A stretch of 64,000 nucleotides of DNA from Capsulimonadaceae bacterium. GTDB lineage: Bacteria > Armatimonadota > Armatimonadia > Armatimonadales > Capsulimonadaceae. The position numbers and the translations under genes are program-made. Shown here piece by piece: positions 8,513 through 20,085 of this stretch; position 1 is the first letter of the stretch, and each line of letters begins with the position of its first letter. The notes under the pieces were generated by a model. The model was not told the origin of the DNA. It saw only the letters and a program-made list of their open reading frames with translations, and did no database searches. Location: NCBI GenBank assembly GCA_965215505.1, contig OZ244065.1, forward strand, positions 5,760,001 through 5,824,000. The letters run 5' to 3'.

Positions 8513-9998
8513 AGCCCCGCCCGTGGGGGCGGGAGTCCTACGCGCTTCCCTCCTCCTCACTTGCCTTCTGGTCCGCCTCACCGCGCTCGACGCCGACCCG
8601 CCGCCGTGGCTCTCGTGGAGTACAGGGCTGTACACGGATGAAGGCTTTTACACGCTGGACGCGCGCCACCAGGCGCTCTTCGGAACGCTCGCGCCGGGCG
8701 ACTTCCACGACCGGCTCCTGTCGCCGCTCCTAAGCCTGTTGCAGCAGGGCGTCTTCTCGCTCTTCGGGGTGGGGCTGATGCAGGCCCGTCTTCTGTCCGT
8801 CATGTTCGGCCTGCTGACGGTGGGCGTCTTCTGGCTCGGCCTGCGCCGCGCGTGGGGCACGAGGGCAGCGGACTTCGGCGCGCTGTTCCTGGGGCTGGCA
8901 CCGCCGTTCGCGCTCTATAACCGCCTCGCCTTGCAGGAGACGCCGACGGTCTTCTGGCTGGTCCTGGCCTTCACGCTCTGGGTTTATGGTGCCTGGCGTC
9001 CCGCCCTCTACGCGCTGGCCGGGCTGTCCGTCGCGTTCGCCGTGATGTTCAAAGGACTGGCGCTGCTGGCATCCCCGGCACTGTTGACCCCCCCCGCCCC
9101 CAATGCTGGGGGGGGCGGACAGGACGCGCCTGTAGGGGTGCCGCTTGCCGCGCCCTCCTCACGGGCGTCCTCTCTGAATCTGGCTCCCCCAGCATTGGGG
9201 GCGGGGGGGGCCATCCTGGGCATTGCTCTCTATCTTGTCCTGTGGTACTGGCCGAACCACGCCGAACTCGCACGGATGGCGGCCTATTACCGCGTCCATC
9301 AAGTGCAGCCGCATTCGTGGCACAGCCTGGGGCTGAATGTCCGCCGGGCGTTCGTCGGCGGCGAGCGGGGCGTCTTCCCGTACCTACTTGCAATGCTGCC
9401 CGTGCCGTGCGCGCTGGCAGGGTGGGGGCTATGGCACTGGAAGCAAATGAGCGCCGCCGGACGCTCCCTCGCCCTATGGCTTTTCGGCGGGCTGCTCTTC
9501 TGCCTGCTGTCGTCGTATGCGCCGAGCCGCTATTACGTCCTGTTCCTGCCTGCCTTGGCCGGGCTTGCGGCCTGCGCGGTCTCGCGATTGCGCCCGCGTG
9601 TGCAAGCCGCCGCCGTCGCCGCCTTTCTGCTGACGAGCGCGGTTTGGTACGGCGCGGCTTGGGCGGGGCGGTCCTACGCGCGCCGGGACGCGGGCCGGGA
9701 ACTGTCCCGGACGCTGCCGCCGGGGAGCATCGTCATCGGCGACTTCGCGCCCGCGCTCTGCCTGGACACGGCATTCGCCGCCGCGCCGGTGCAGCCGGGG
9801 CTGTCTAACGACGACCGCCCCGCCCAGCGGCTGAAGGCGACGCATGTTGTCGTGGCCCGGAACGCCGCCGACTGGCAGAACTGGTGGCGGATGCGGTATC
9901 CTAGCGTGATACAGCCCTCGCACCATGTCGCCGCGTTCGACCTCGGCGGTGCGCGGCATTATGTGGTGGATGTGTACGCCGTGAAGAAGACACGATGA
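8493..9998 (+). CDS. GT-C fold membrane glycosyltransferase (ArnT/PMT_2-like); start uncertain
   Basis: DEGFY motif, many TM helices, ARLLSV, RYYVLFLP. Confidence 0.78.
   Translation: MNTGLIKAPPVGAGVLRASLLLTCLLVRLTALDADPPPWLSWSTGLYTDEGFYTLDARHQALFGTLAPGDFHDRLLSPLLSLLQQGVFSLFGVGLMQARLLSVMFGLLTVGVFWLGLRRAWGTRAADFGALFLGLAPPFALYNRLALQETPTVFWLVLAFTLWVYGAWRPALYALAGLSVAFAVMFKGLALLASPALLTPPAPNAGGGGQDAPVGVPLAAPSSRASSLNLAPPALGAGGAILGIALYLVLWYWPNHAELARMAAYYRVHQVQPHSWHSLGLNVRRAFVGGERGVFPYLLAMLPVPCALAGWGLWHWKQMSAAGRSLALWLFGGLLFCLLSSYAPSRYYVLFLPALAGLAACAVSRLRPRVQAAAVAAFLLTSAVWYGAAWAGRSYARRDAGRELSRTLPPGSIVIGDFAPALCLDTAFAAAPVQPGLSNDDRPAQRLKATHVVVARNAADWQNWWRMRYPSVIQPSHHVAAFDLGGARHYVVDVYAVKKTR
9088..9210. 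repeat. 123-bp nested palindromic element inside a CDS
   Basis: Perfect 25-bp inverted repeat at 9088-9112 / 9186-9210 enclosing a GTAG-type REP-like hairpin at 9132-9157. Confidence 0.85.
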
Positions 9999-10360
9999 AG
10001 ACCGCCCTGCGCTATCTGTTATCCGTGATGATGATCGCGACGGGCATCCTGCACTTCGCCGCCCCGGAGAAGTTCGTCGCCATCGTCCCGGACTGGCTGC
10101 CCGCCCACCGGGCACTGGTGGCAGTCAGCGGCTTCTTCGAGATTTTGGGCGGCGTCGGCCTGCTGGTCAGGCGCGTCCGCCGAGCGGCGGCGTGGGGGCT
10201 GGTCGCCCTGTTCGTCGCCGTGTTCCCGGCCAACGTCAACATGGCGGTCAACAAGATCTTCCTGGACAACCCCTGGATTCTATGGGGGCGTCTGCCCTTC
10301 CAGGCCGTCCTGGTCGCCTGGGCCTGGTGGTTTACGCGGCCCGACGCGCCGAGCAATTAG
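9995..10360 (+). CDS. DoxX-like membrane protein
   Basis: GILHF..P, SGFFEILGG, VAVFPANVNMA, RLPFQ. Confidence 0.85.
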   Translation: MKTALRYLLSVMMIATGILHFAAPEKFVAIVPDWLPAHRALVAVSGFFEILGGVGLLVRRVRRAAAWGLVALFVAVFPANVNMAVNKIFLDNPWILWGRLPFQAVLVAWAWWFTRPDAPSN

Positions 10361-10395
10361 TACGTTCTCGTTTTCGGTCAAAGGAGAATCAGACA

Positions 10396-10716
10396 ATGAC
10401 GAACGATCCGACCCCCTACTCGGAGATCGCGCAGTCGCCGCGATTTCAGGCGCTGCTGGCACGGAAAAAGCAGTTCCTCATCCCACTCTCGGCCTTCTTC
10501 TTCGTGTTCTACTTCGCACTGCCCGTGATGACCTCCTACTTCCCGTCCGTGGTCAATGTCAAGGCCATCGGGGCGATCACCTGGGCCTGGCTGTTCGCCT
10601 TCTCACAGTTCGTGATGATCTGGACATTGTGCGCCCTGTACGTCAGGAAGGCCGCCACCTTTGACGCCGACGCCGCCACGGTCATCGCCGGGGAGAGGGG
10701 AGGCGACCGTGCATAG
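10396..10716 (+). CDS. DUF485 (YjcH/YwcB-like) small membrane protein
   Basis: SPRFQALL, two TM segments, directly upstream of a solute symporter; AAGGAG RBS. Confidence 0.88.
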   Translation: MTNDPTPYSEIAQSPRFQALLARKKQFLIPLSAFFFVFYFALPVMTSYFPSVVNVKAIGAITWAWLFAFSQFVMIWTLCALYVRKAATFDADAATVIAGERGGDRA

Positions 10717-12277
10717 CCAGGCCTTTACCCTGTTCCTCCTCATCGTCGCCGTGACGCTGGCGATCACCTACTTCGCCGCCCGGCGGACGCGCACGACGAG
10801 CGACTTTTACACGGTCGGCGGCGGGTTAAGCCCGATGCAGAACGCGCTCGCCATTACGGGCGACTACGTTTCGGCGGCTTCGTTCCTGGGCATCCCCGGC
10901 CTGATCGCCCTGAACGGCTTTGACGGCTTTTTCTACTGCATCGGCTTCCTCGTCGCCTACCTCGTCGTCCTGTACCTCGTGGCCGAGCCGCTGCGAAACC
11001 TCGGGAAATACACCGTCGCGGACATGATCGCGTCCCGCTTCGGCGATAGCCGCGTCCGCTCCATTGCCGCCGTCAACACGGTCGCCATCTCGATCTTCTA
11101 CATGATCGCGCAGATGGTCGGCGCGGGCGCGCTCATCAAGCTGCTGCTGGGGCTGGAGTATAAAACCGCCGTCATGATCGTCGGCGCTCTGATGACGGTC
11201 TACGTCGTCTTCGGCGGGATGCGGGCGACCAGTTGGGTGCAGATCACCAAGGCCATCCTGCTCATCTGCGGCACCGTCCTGATCTCGCTGATGGTGCTGG
11301 CCCGGTTCCATTGGAGCCTCACAGGCATGTTCGAGACGATGCGGACGGCGACCCCGCTGGGCGAAAAGTTCCTGCTGCCCGGCAACAAGTTCAAGGACCC
11401 GCTAGATACGATCTCGCTGAACCTCGGCCTGTTCTTCGGCACGGCGGGCCTGCCGCACATCCTGACCCGGTTCTATACGGTGAAAGACGCCGTCGCCGCC
11501 CGCAAGTCGGTCGTGACGGCGACGGTCCTCATCGGCCTGTTCTACGCTATGACCATCTTCCTGGGCTTCGGCGCGGCGGCCTTCGTCGGGCATGACGCCA
11601 TCGAGAAGGCCAACAAGGCCGGCAATATGGCCGCACCGCTGCTGGCAAAGGCATTAGGAGGCGACTTCCTGTTCGCCTTCGTCTCCGCCGTCGCCTTCGC
11701 CACCATCATCGCAGTCGTCGCCGGTCTGGTGCTGACATCGGCCTCGGCTTTCGCCCACGACATCTACAGCCAGATCATCCGCAAGGGCCAGGCCACCGAA
11801 AAGCAGCAGCTCACGGCGGCCCGCTATGCCGCCATTGGGGTCGCCGTCCTGTCAATCCTGATCGCCCTGGGCGCGGAGAAGCAGAACGTGGCCTTCCTGG
11901 TAGCCCTGGCCTTCACCGTCGCGGCCAGCGCGAACACGCCGGTCATCCTGCTGACCATCTTCTGGCGTCGGTTCACGACGACCGGGGCCATCGCGGGGAT
12001 GCTGACCGGCCTGATCAGCTGCCTCATCCTGATCTCGCTCAGTCCGAGCGTCTGGAACCCCGAGGCCGGCAAGGCGCTGTTCACCGGCAAGGCGCTGTTC
12101 TCGCTCGCCAACCCCGGCATCGTCTCGATCCCGCTGGGCTTCCTCGCCGCCATCGTCGGCTCCCTGCTGTCGGCAAGGCAGGTGGACTCGGCCAAGTTCG
12201 ACGAGATCCTGGTCACGGCGAACACGGGCCTGCGCTACGCCGGGGCGGCCACCGAACAAGAGATGCTGGTACACTAG
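10709..12277 (+). CDS. actP: Cation/acetate symporter (sodium:solute symporter family)
   Basis: GDYVSAASFLG, AEPLRNLGKYT, GTAGLPHILTRFYTV; paired with DUF485. Confidence 0.88.
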   Translation: MHSQAFTLFLLIVAVTLAITYFAARRTRTTSDFYTVGGGLSPMQNALAITGDYVSAASFLGIPGLIALNGFDGFFYCIGFLVAYLVVLYLVAEPLRNLGKYTVADMIASRFGDSRVRSIAAVNTVAISIFYMIAQMVGAGALIKLLLGLEYKTAVMIVGALMTVYVVFGGMRATSWVQITKAILLICGTVLISLMVLARFHWSLTGMFETMRTATPLGEKFLLPGNKFKDPLDTISLNLGLFFGTAGLPHILTRFYTVKDAVAARKSVVTATVLIGLFYAMTIFLGFGAAAFVGHDAIEKANKAGNMAAPLLAKALGGDFLFAFVSAVAFATIIAVVAGLVLTSASAFAHDIYSQIIRKGQATEKQQLTAARYAAIGVAVLSILIALGAEKQNVAFLVALAFTVAASANTPVILLTIFWRRFTTTGAIAGMLTGLISCLILISLSPSVWNPEAGKALFTGKALFSLANPGIVSIPLGFLAAIVGSLLSARQVDSAKFDEILVTANTGLRYAGAATEQEMLVH

Positions 12278-12311
12278 GGGCTGACATATTAGATGCTGGT
12301 GAACTAAGTCC

Positions 12312-12767
12312 GTGAAGCTGGATGAACTTTATCCCTACTGGGAGGGCGCGCATGAGGATCTGGTGGAAGCGGTCGAGCTGCTGACCGAGTGGCAGCTCGA
12401 CACCGAGCCGGGGCCGGGGGGGCGGTCCCTGCGGCAGATCATCCTCGGGTTCGTCCGCGCCGAGCGGTTCTGGATCGGCCAGCTCGTTGCGGGCCACGCC
12501 GAGTACCGCCCGCGCCCGGAAGACTTCCCGACCGGCAAGTCGCTCGCCGAGGCGCTCGGCGCGGCGCGCGCCGTCACCCAGCGCGTCCTGGACCCCCTCA
12601 GCCCGGAGGGCCTGCGGGCGGTGCGGACCGTACCGAACGACCCGCAGACGAACCGGCACGAGACGAACACGCCCATCGTCTGGATGTTCTGGCACGTTTT
12701 AGAGTTGGAACTGATCTGCCGAGGCCAGGTGATGCAGCGCATCGAAGACGAGAAGGCACGGGGGTAG
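12312..12767 (+). CDS. DinB-like family protein (degenerate His motif)
   Basis: Size, SLRQIIL...ERFW, WHVLELELICRGQ pattern. Confidence 0.7.
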   Translation: MKLDELYPYWEGAHEDLVEAVELLTEWQLDTEPGPGGRSLRQIILGFVRAERFWIGQLVAGHAEYRPRPEDFPTGKSLAEALGAARAVTQRVLDPLSPEGLRAVRTVPNDPQTNRHETNTPIVWMFWHVLELELICRGQVMQRIEDEKARG

Positions 12768-12770
12768 GGG

Positions 12771-13286
12771 ATGGACCCGGTAGTGATCGTGGATTATGAT
12801 CCGTCCTGGCCGGGGCAGTTCAACGAGATCGCGTCCCGTGTCCGCGCCGCCTTCGCCGATGCTCCGCTTGTCGCTGTCGAACACGTCGGCAGCACGGCGG
12901 CCGTGGGACTCGCCGCCAAGCCCGTCATTGACCTGAACGTGATCGTGCCGACGCGGGCAGACCTCCCGGAAGCCATCGTCCGCCTGGCGACTCTGGGCTA
13001 CGTCCACGAGGGCGATAAAGGGGTGGCAGGGCGGGAAGCATTCCTGTGGCCGCCGGGAACGACACGCCATCACTTGTATGCCTGCGCCCAGGATGACGCC
13101 GAATGCCAGCGCCACCTCGCCTTCCGCGACTATCTGCGGGAGCATGGGGATGAGGCGGAGCGGTATGGAGCCTTGAAACGGGGACTCGCAGAGCGTTTCC
13201 GCCAGGACCGGGCCGCCTACAGCGAGGGCAAAACGGACTTCGTCGAGAGAGTGCTGGAAAGAACATGCGGGTTAGAAGATGGATGA
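12771..13286 (+). CDS. GrpB/UPF0157 family protein
   Basis: YDPSWP, EHVGSTA..GLAAKPVID, FRDYLR, YSEGKTDF. Confidence 0.93.
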   Translation: MDPVVIVDYDPSWPGQFNEIASRVRAAFADAPLVAVEHVGSTAAVGLAAKPVIDLNVIVPTRADLPEAIVRLATLGYVHEGDKGVAGREAFLWPPGTTRHHLYACAQDDAECQRHLAFRDYLREHGDEAERYGALKRGLAERFRQDRAAYSEGKTDFVERVLERTCGLEDG

Positions 13287-13824
13287 GATCGCCCTGGTCG
13301 AGTACGACGCACACTGGCCCCGCCTGTTCGCCGAGGAAGCGGCGTGCGTTCGGGCCGCATTGGGAGAGGAAATGGTCGTCGCCGTGGAACACTTCGGCAG
13401 CACCTCGGTTCCGGGCCTTTCCGCCAAGCCGGTCATTGATATTCTTATCGGTGTCCGCTCCGTCGCCGAGGCGCGGGAGCAGGCTGTTTCCGCGCTGGAA
13501 GCCCTCGGATATGCGTTCTGGTACGACAACCCGAACGCCGCTCACTTGTTCTTTGTCAAAGGTCTGCCGCCGAACGGGCCGCGTACTCATCACATTCATA
13601 TGGTCGAGCCGGAGACGTTCAGGGACCCGAAGAACGAGGAGTCCCTCTTCTGGGACCGCCTGCTGTTCCGCGACTACCTGAGGGCGCACCCGGAAGAAGC
13701 GCGATGCTATGAGGCCGTCAAGCGCGACCTGGCCGCCCGGTTCGCCGAGGACCGGGAGGCTTACACCGACGGCAAGACCGAATATGTCAACAGCGTCATG
13801 CAGAAGGTGCACGACCGAGAGTAA
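13279..13824 (+). CDS. GrpB/UPF0157 family protein (second tandem copy)
   Basis: [33 protein letters not shown]. Confidence 0.93.
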   Translation: MDEIALVEYDAHWPRLFAEEAACVRAALGEEMVVAVEHFGSTSVPGLSAKPVIDILIGVRSVAEAREQAVSALEALGYAFWYDNPNAAHLFFVKGLPPNGPRTHHIHMVEPETFRDPKNEESLFWDRLLFRDYLRAHPEEARCYEAVKRDLAARFAEDREAYTDGKTEYVNSVMQKVHDRE

Positions 13825-13826
13825 CC

Positions 13827-15506
<1,680 letters not shown>

Positions 15507-15509
15507 CCG

Positions 15510-16010
15510 ATGGCAGACGCCGACAACACCAAGCCCCTTGTTGCAGTGATTATGGGCAGCAAGTCCGACTGGGAGACGATGCGCCACGCCGATGACATCC
15601 TGACGCAGTTTGATGTCCCGCATGAGTGCCGGATCGTTTCCGCCCACCGGACGCCGGAACTAATGGCGCTCTTCGCCCGCGAGGCCGAGGGGCGCGGGCT
15701 GGAGGTCATCATCGCGGGCGCGGGCGGGGCCGCCCACCTGCCCGGCATGGTCGCCGCCCAGACACTCGTTCCCGTCCTGGGCGTCCCGGTTCAGAGTCAC
15801 GCCCTGAGCGGCCAGGACTCGCTGCTGTCCATCGTCCAGATGCCCGCCGGCATCCCTGTCGGTACTCTCGCCATCGGGAAGGCCGGTGCGACAAACGCCG
15901 CCCTGCTCGCCGTCGCTATTCTGGCGAATACTAGGCCCGATCTGCGTGAGAAGCTGCGCCGGTTCCGCGAAGAGCAGACCGAACGGGTTCAGGGGGATAC
16001 GGTGCCATGA
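15510..16010 (+). CDS. purE: N5-CAIR mutase
   Basis: [29 protein letters not shown]. Confidence 0.98.
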   Translation: MADADNTKPLVAVIMGSKSDWETMRHADDILTQFDVPHECRIVSAHRTPELMALFAREAEGRGLEVIIAGAGGAAHLPGMVAAQTLVPVLGVPVQSHALSGQDSLLSIVQMPAGIPVGTLAIGKAGATNAALLAVAILANTRPDLREKLRRFREEQTERVQGDTVP

Positions 16011-16894
16011 GAACACTGCTGCTGTTAATGCTGATCACTCTGCTGCCGGGTGGGCTTGTGTCTGCCGCCCCAATGCGGACCCGGCCGTATGTGGCAGGCG
16101 ACCTGGCGCGAGATCGTTTGCAGGGGATGGACAATGTCCTTTTGTCTTCGGACCAGGTTTCAGTGTCCCGGCCTGGGCATTCTGGAACATCTCTGTCTCC
16201 TGCTCAATCCAAGGCGGTTTCTGCGCGTCTGTCCGACCTAGTCCTGGACGATGCCTTGTACGTCGAGGACGCCCAGTTTGATCAAGGCGGCAATGCCAAC
16301 AGTGACACATTCACCGTGGGCAAATGGGGTCAAACCGTTACCGTTTTCATCCGGCGGGACAAGCCCTATTTGACTATCATGCGTTTCGACGGCAACCGGA
16401 TGATCATCGCCAATTATCTGCCCGTCCTGCCCAAAGTGATTCGCCTGCTTCAAGCGGTTGACCCGAGTGACCACAGCCTCGGCAACTTCCGTCCTGCCTC
16501 GCCCCCCATGCCAGTCGTCAAAGGCATCCCTGCGTCGGCTCTTGCCCGCATCGCGACAATCAAGCCGGGCATGACGCGCGCGGATGTGATGCATGTCTTC
16601 ACGACGGAGGGCGGGCTTTCGTCTAACCTCCGGAACCATTACGTTTACCGAGACTATGGCCTTGCCGGGATAGGTTCGAGAGATGGTATAGCGATGTTCA
16701 GTGGTAGGCTGCTCAAAGTAAACATCAATTATGCGCCACACGACGCCGACATCGTCTGGCTCAACGGGCGCGGGTTCTGGCTGCACCAGGCTGAATTCAG
16801 CCACCGCTTTCCTCCGAAGGATGCTCACGGGCAACAGGACGACATCATTCTACGCGTCTCGCCGCCCTACTTGGAGTATATGATTGTCGATTGA
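16007..16894 (+). CDS. Hypothetical secreted protein
   Basis: Signal-peptide-like N-terminus; overlaps purE stop and purK start; [10 protein letters not shown] motif. Confidence 0.7.
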   Translation: MRTLLLLMLITLLPGGLVSAAPMRTRPYVAGDLARDRLQGMDNVLLSSDQVSVSRPGHSGTSLSPAQSKAVSARLSDLVLDDALYVEDAQFDQGGNANSDTFTVGKWGQTVTVFIRRDKPYLTIMRFDGNRMIIANYLPVLPKVIRLLQAVDPSDHSLGNFRPASPPMPVVKGIPASALARIATIKPGMTRADVMHVFTTEGGLSSNLRNHYVYRDYGLAGIGSRDGIAMFSGRLLKVNINYAPHDADIVWLNGRGFWLHQAEFSHRFPPKDAHGQQDDIILRVSPPYLEYMIVD

Positions 16895-18035
16895 AATCCT
16901 ACCCGGCGCGACCGTCGGCGTCCTCGGCAGCGGGCAGCTAGGCCGCATGTTCGCGCTGGCTGCGCGGCGTCTCGGCTACCGCGTCCACACGTTCTCGCCG
17001 GATACGGACACGCCGACGGGGCAGATCGCCGACCGCGAGGTGGTGGCGGCCTATGAAGACCTGGACGCCGTGCGGGACTTCGCGCGACAGGTTTCGGTCG
17101 TCACGTTTGAGTTCGAGAACGTCCCCGCCGAGACGGCGGAAGCCGTCGCCGCCCTCGTCCCCGTCCGGCCAGGGGGTACGGTCCTGCACGTCGCCCAGAA
17201 CCGGCTGCGGGAGAAGACGTTTTTGGCTGGGCACGGCATCCCGTGTGCGCCGTTCCGACACGTCACGACGCGGGCGGAGCTAAGGGCCGCGCTGGGTGAA
17301 CTCGGCACGCCCGCCATCCTCAAAACGGCGGGCTTCGGCTATGACGGCAAGGGCCAGGTACGGATCAGCCGCCCGGAGGAGGCGGACGCGGCCTGGGAAG
17401 AGTTAGACGGGCAGGACTGCGTTCTGGAAGGTTTCGTCGCCTTCGAGCGTGAGGTGTCGGTCGTCGCCGCGCGTGGCCTGGACGGCGCGTTCGTTCACTA
17501 CGGCCTGATCGAGAACGCCCATGTCGGCGGCATCCTGGACGTCTCGGTCTGCCCCGCGCCCTCCGTGCCGCCCGCCGTCTCCGCCGAGGCGGTCGCCGTG
17601 ACGCGGGCGGTCTTCGAGGCGCTGGACGTGGTTGGCACCCTCTGCGTCGAGTTCTTCCTGACCCCCGACCACCGGCTCATCGTCAACGAGATCGCCCCGC
17701 GCCCGCACAACTCGGGCCACCTGACCATTGACGCCCACGTCACCAGCCAGTTCGAGCAGCAGCTACGGGCCGTCTGCGGCCTGCCGCTCGGCTCAACGGA
17801 ACAGCTCCGGCCCGCCGCCATGGCAAACCTGCTGGGGGACGTCTGGGCGGACGGTGTGCCGGATTGGACACGGGCGCTGGCGATGCCGGATGTGAAGCTT
17901 CACCTGTACGGCAAGGAAGAAGCGAGGCACGGCCGCAAGATGGGACACCTGACGGCCCTCGCCGACACGCCTGAAGACGCCGCACGGCTCGCCCGCGCGG
18001 CCCGTACCGCCCTGCCCCCTAATCCCCATGCCTGA
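16884..18035 (+). CDS. purK: N5-CAIR synthase
   Basis: GSGQLGRM, TFEFENVP, GYDGKGQ, NEIAPRPHNSGH. Confidence 0.97.
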   Translation: MSIEILPGATVGVLGSGQLGRMFALAARRLGYRVHTFSPDTDTPTGQIADREVVAAYEDLDAVRDFARQVSVVTFEFENVPAETAEAVAALVPVRPGGTVLHVAQNRLREKTFLAGHGIPCAPFRHVTTRAELRAALGELGTPAILKTAGFGYDGKGQVRISRPEEADAAWEELDGQDCVLEGFVAFEREVSVVAARGLDGAFVHYGLIENAHVGGILDVSVCPAPSVPPAVSAEAVAVTRAVFEALDVVGTLCVEFFLTPDHRLIVNEIAPRPHNSGHLTIDAHVTSQFEQQLRAVCGLPLGSTEQLRPAAMANLLGDVWADGVPDWTRALAMPDVKLHLYGKEEARHGRKMGHLTALADTPEDAARLARAARTALPPNPHA

Positions 18036-18594
18036 GCCGCTGCTGATTCTAGTTTCCGGCCCGCCCGCCACTGGGAAGACGACACTGGCCCGCCGCCTGG
18101 CGGCTGAGTTCGGTCTGCCCCTGGTCAACAAGGACGGCATCAAGGAACTGCTGTTCGACACGGTGGGCACACAGGATTATGCATGGTCGCAGAACCTGGG
18201 ACGGGCGAGTATCGCTCTCCTTTACGACTTCACCGAGCGCCTACTGACGGCCGGCGTCAGCCTGATCGCCGAAAGCAACTTCCATGCCGAAGCCGACTCC
18301 ACTCTGCTGGCGGAACTGCGCGGGCGGCTTGAGTTCGTGCTGCTGCAAATCCACTGCACGGCTTCAGCGGACGTGCTGGAGGAGCGCAATGAGCGCCGCC
18401 GCCACACGTCGGAGCGTCACCCCGGCCATGTCCAGCCTCCGCAGCCCAGCCTGAAGCCGCACATCGAAGCGGGCGTCTGGCGTCCCCTGCACATTGAAGG
18501 AGTGACAGTGATCGTCCAAACCGACGAATTGAGTGCCATTGATTACGCCCCGGCCTATGCCGCCGTTCGCAATGCTCTAGGACTTGCTGAATGA
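18028..18594 (+). CDS. P-loop kinase (AAA_33-like)
   Basis: SGPPATGKTT, KDGIKE, RHPGH. Confidence 0.85.
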   Translation: MPEPLLILVSGPPATGKTTLARRLAAEFGLPLVNKDGIKELLFDTVGTQDYAWSQNLGRASIALLYDFTERLLTAGVSLIAESNFHAEADSTLLAELRGRLEFVLLQIHCTASADVLEERNERRRHTSERHPGHVQPPQPSLKPHIEAGVWRPLHIEGVTVIVQTDELSAIDYAPAYAAVRNALGLAE

Positions 18595-19346
18595 CTGACC
18601 GAAAGACCGCCCTCGTGACCGGTGCCTCGCGCGGCATTGGACGTGCCATCGCCGTCCACCTCGCCTCCACCGACTTCCGCGTGGCCGTCCACTACAACGC
18701 CAACCAGGCCGCCGCTGAGGAAACCCTGCGGCAGATGGCCGGTGAAGGCCATTCGTTATTGGCCGCCGACCTCGCCGACCCCGACGCCGCTGAGAGGCTG
18801 GCGGCGGACGCCCTGGCCGCCCTCGGGGGCCGTGTGGATGTGCTGGTCCACAACGCCGGGCTGTACGAGGGGACCCCGCTCCTGGGCGGCGATGGCTTTC
18901 CAGCCTGGCGCGCGGCGATGCACCGGCAGATGCAGGTCAACTTCTGGGCGGGAGCGGACCTTGCTTACCATCTGGCCCCCGCCATGGCCGAGGCGGGGTG
19001 GGGGCGCATCATCCAGATCTCCTCCCGCGCGGGCTTGCGCGGCGAGGCGCGTCACGCGGGCTACGCGGCGTCCAAGGCCGCCCAGATCAGTCTCATCCGT
19101 TCGCTCGCGGTGGAACTCGGCCCGTCCGGCATCGGCTGCTTCGGCGTCGCGCCCGGCTGGACCGAGACGGACATGGCGGCGGAGGCGCTGGCGGCTCGCG
19201 GCGGGCAGATACGCGCCGAGATCCCGTTGGGCCGGGTGGCGACGCCCGAAGACGTCGCCTCGCTGGTCGCCTTCCTCGTCACCCCGGCGGCGGATTACCT
19301 GTCCGGCAACACGGTTGACGTCAACGGGGCTTCTTACTTGCGCTAG
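18591..19346 (+). CDS. SDR family oxidoreductase
   Basis: TGASRGIG, HNAG, YAASK. Confidence 0.93.
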   Translation: MTDRKTALVTGASRGIGRAIAVHLASTDFRVAVHYNANQAAAEETLRQMAGEGHSLLAADLADPDAAERLAADALAALGGRVDVLVHNAGLYEGTPLLGGDGFPAWRAAMHRQMQVNFWAGADLAYHLAPAMAEAGWGRIIQISSRAGLRGEARHAGYAASKAAQISLIRSLAVELGPSGIGCFGVAPGWTETDMAAEALAARGGQIRAEIPLGRVATPEDVASLVAFLVTPAADYLSGNTVDVNGASYLR

Positions 19347-19382
19347 ACGATTGAGGTATACTACCGTCACGAAGGCCCACCA

Positions 19383-19697
19383 ATGTCCACGACCATGCCC
19401 GACGTTTTAACGAATCAGACTGATGAAGAACGTGAAGCCCTCTCAAAGAGAGGTCTTGCGATCTATGACGAGAAGCTCAAGCCCATCCTCGAACCCGGAT
19501 TCGACAAGAAGTATGTCGCCATCCATGTGGATACGGAAGATTACGCTGTCGCTGACTCCTCCGGCAACGCCATGCGGGCCATACGGGAGCGCCACCCGGA
19601 AGGCTGGCTCGTCATGAAGCGTGTCGGCAATGAGCCGGAGTGGGGCCTCGCGGCGCGTCTGCTGGTCGGGAAAATGATGGCAGGTCAGCAGAAATGA
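19383..19697 (+). CDS. Small hypothetical protein (DUF5678-like)
   Basis: KYVAIHVDTEDY pattern typical of partners of clan AA aspartic proteases; ATGA overlap with next gene. Confidence 0.7.
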   Translation: MSTTMPDVLTNQTDEEREALSKRGLAIYDEKLKPILEPGFDKKYVAIHVDTEDYAVADSSGNAMRAIRERHPEGWLVMKRVGNEPEWGLAARLLVGKMMAGQQK

Positions 19698-20056
19698 TCG
19701 TAGGCCATTGGCGCGACGGTTTCCCGCGCGTGACGCTTACGCTCCTTGGCGGGCGCGAGCCGATGAGCCTTGAGTTCGTCGTAGACACGGGCTTTAACGG
19801 CGAGATCGCTCTGCCTGAGTGTCTCATCGGTCAACTAGGCGCTTCCCCCAAAGGGACACACTATTTAGAACTAGCGGGCGGCTTCCGGCAACTCTCCTAT
19901 TCCTATGAGCTGCTTCTGGAGTGGGACGGGGAGGAGCGGGTAGTCGAAGTTCTGTCGCTCGATGGTAAACCGCTGTTAGGCAACGACTTGTGGAAGGATC
20001 AAGCCCTGCAAGCAGAGAACACGGACGGCGGCGATGTGGGTTTCGAGCCGCTGTAG
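19694..20056 (+). CDS. Clan AA aspartic protease (AF_0612-like)
   Basis: VVDTGFNG catalytic motif and PLLG motif. Confidence 0.88.
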   Translation: MIVGHWRDGFPRVTLTLLGGREPMSLEFVVDTGFNGEIALPECLIGQLGASPKGTHYLELAGGFRQLSYSYELLLEWDGEERVVEVLSLDGKPLLGNDLWKDQALQAENTDGGDVGFEPL

Positions 20057-20085
20057 ACATTCATCAACATCAAGGAGCATTCATC

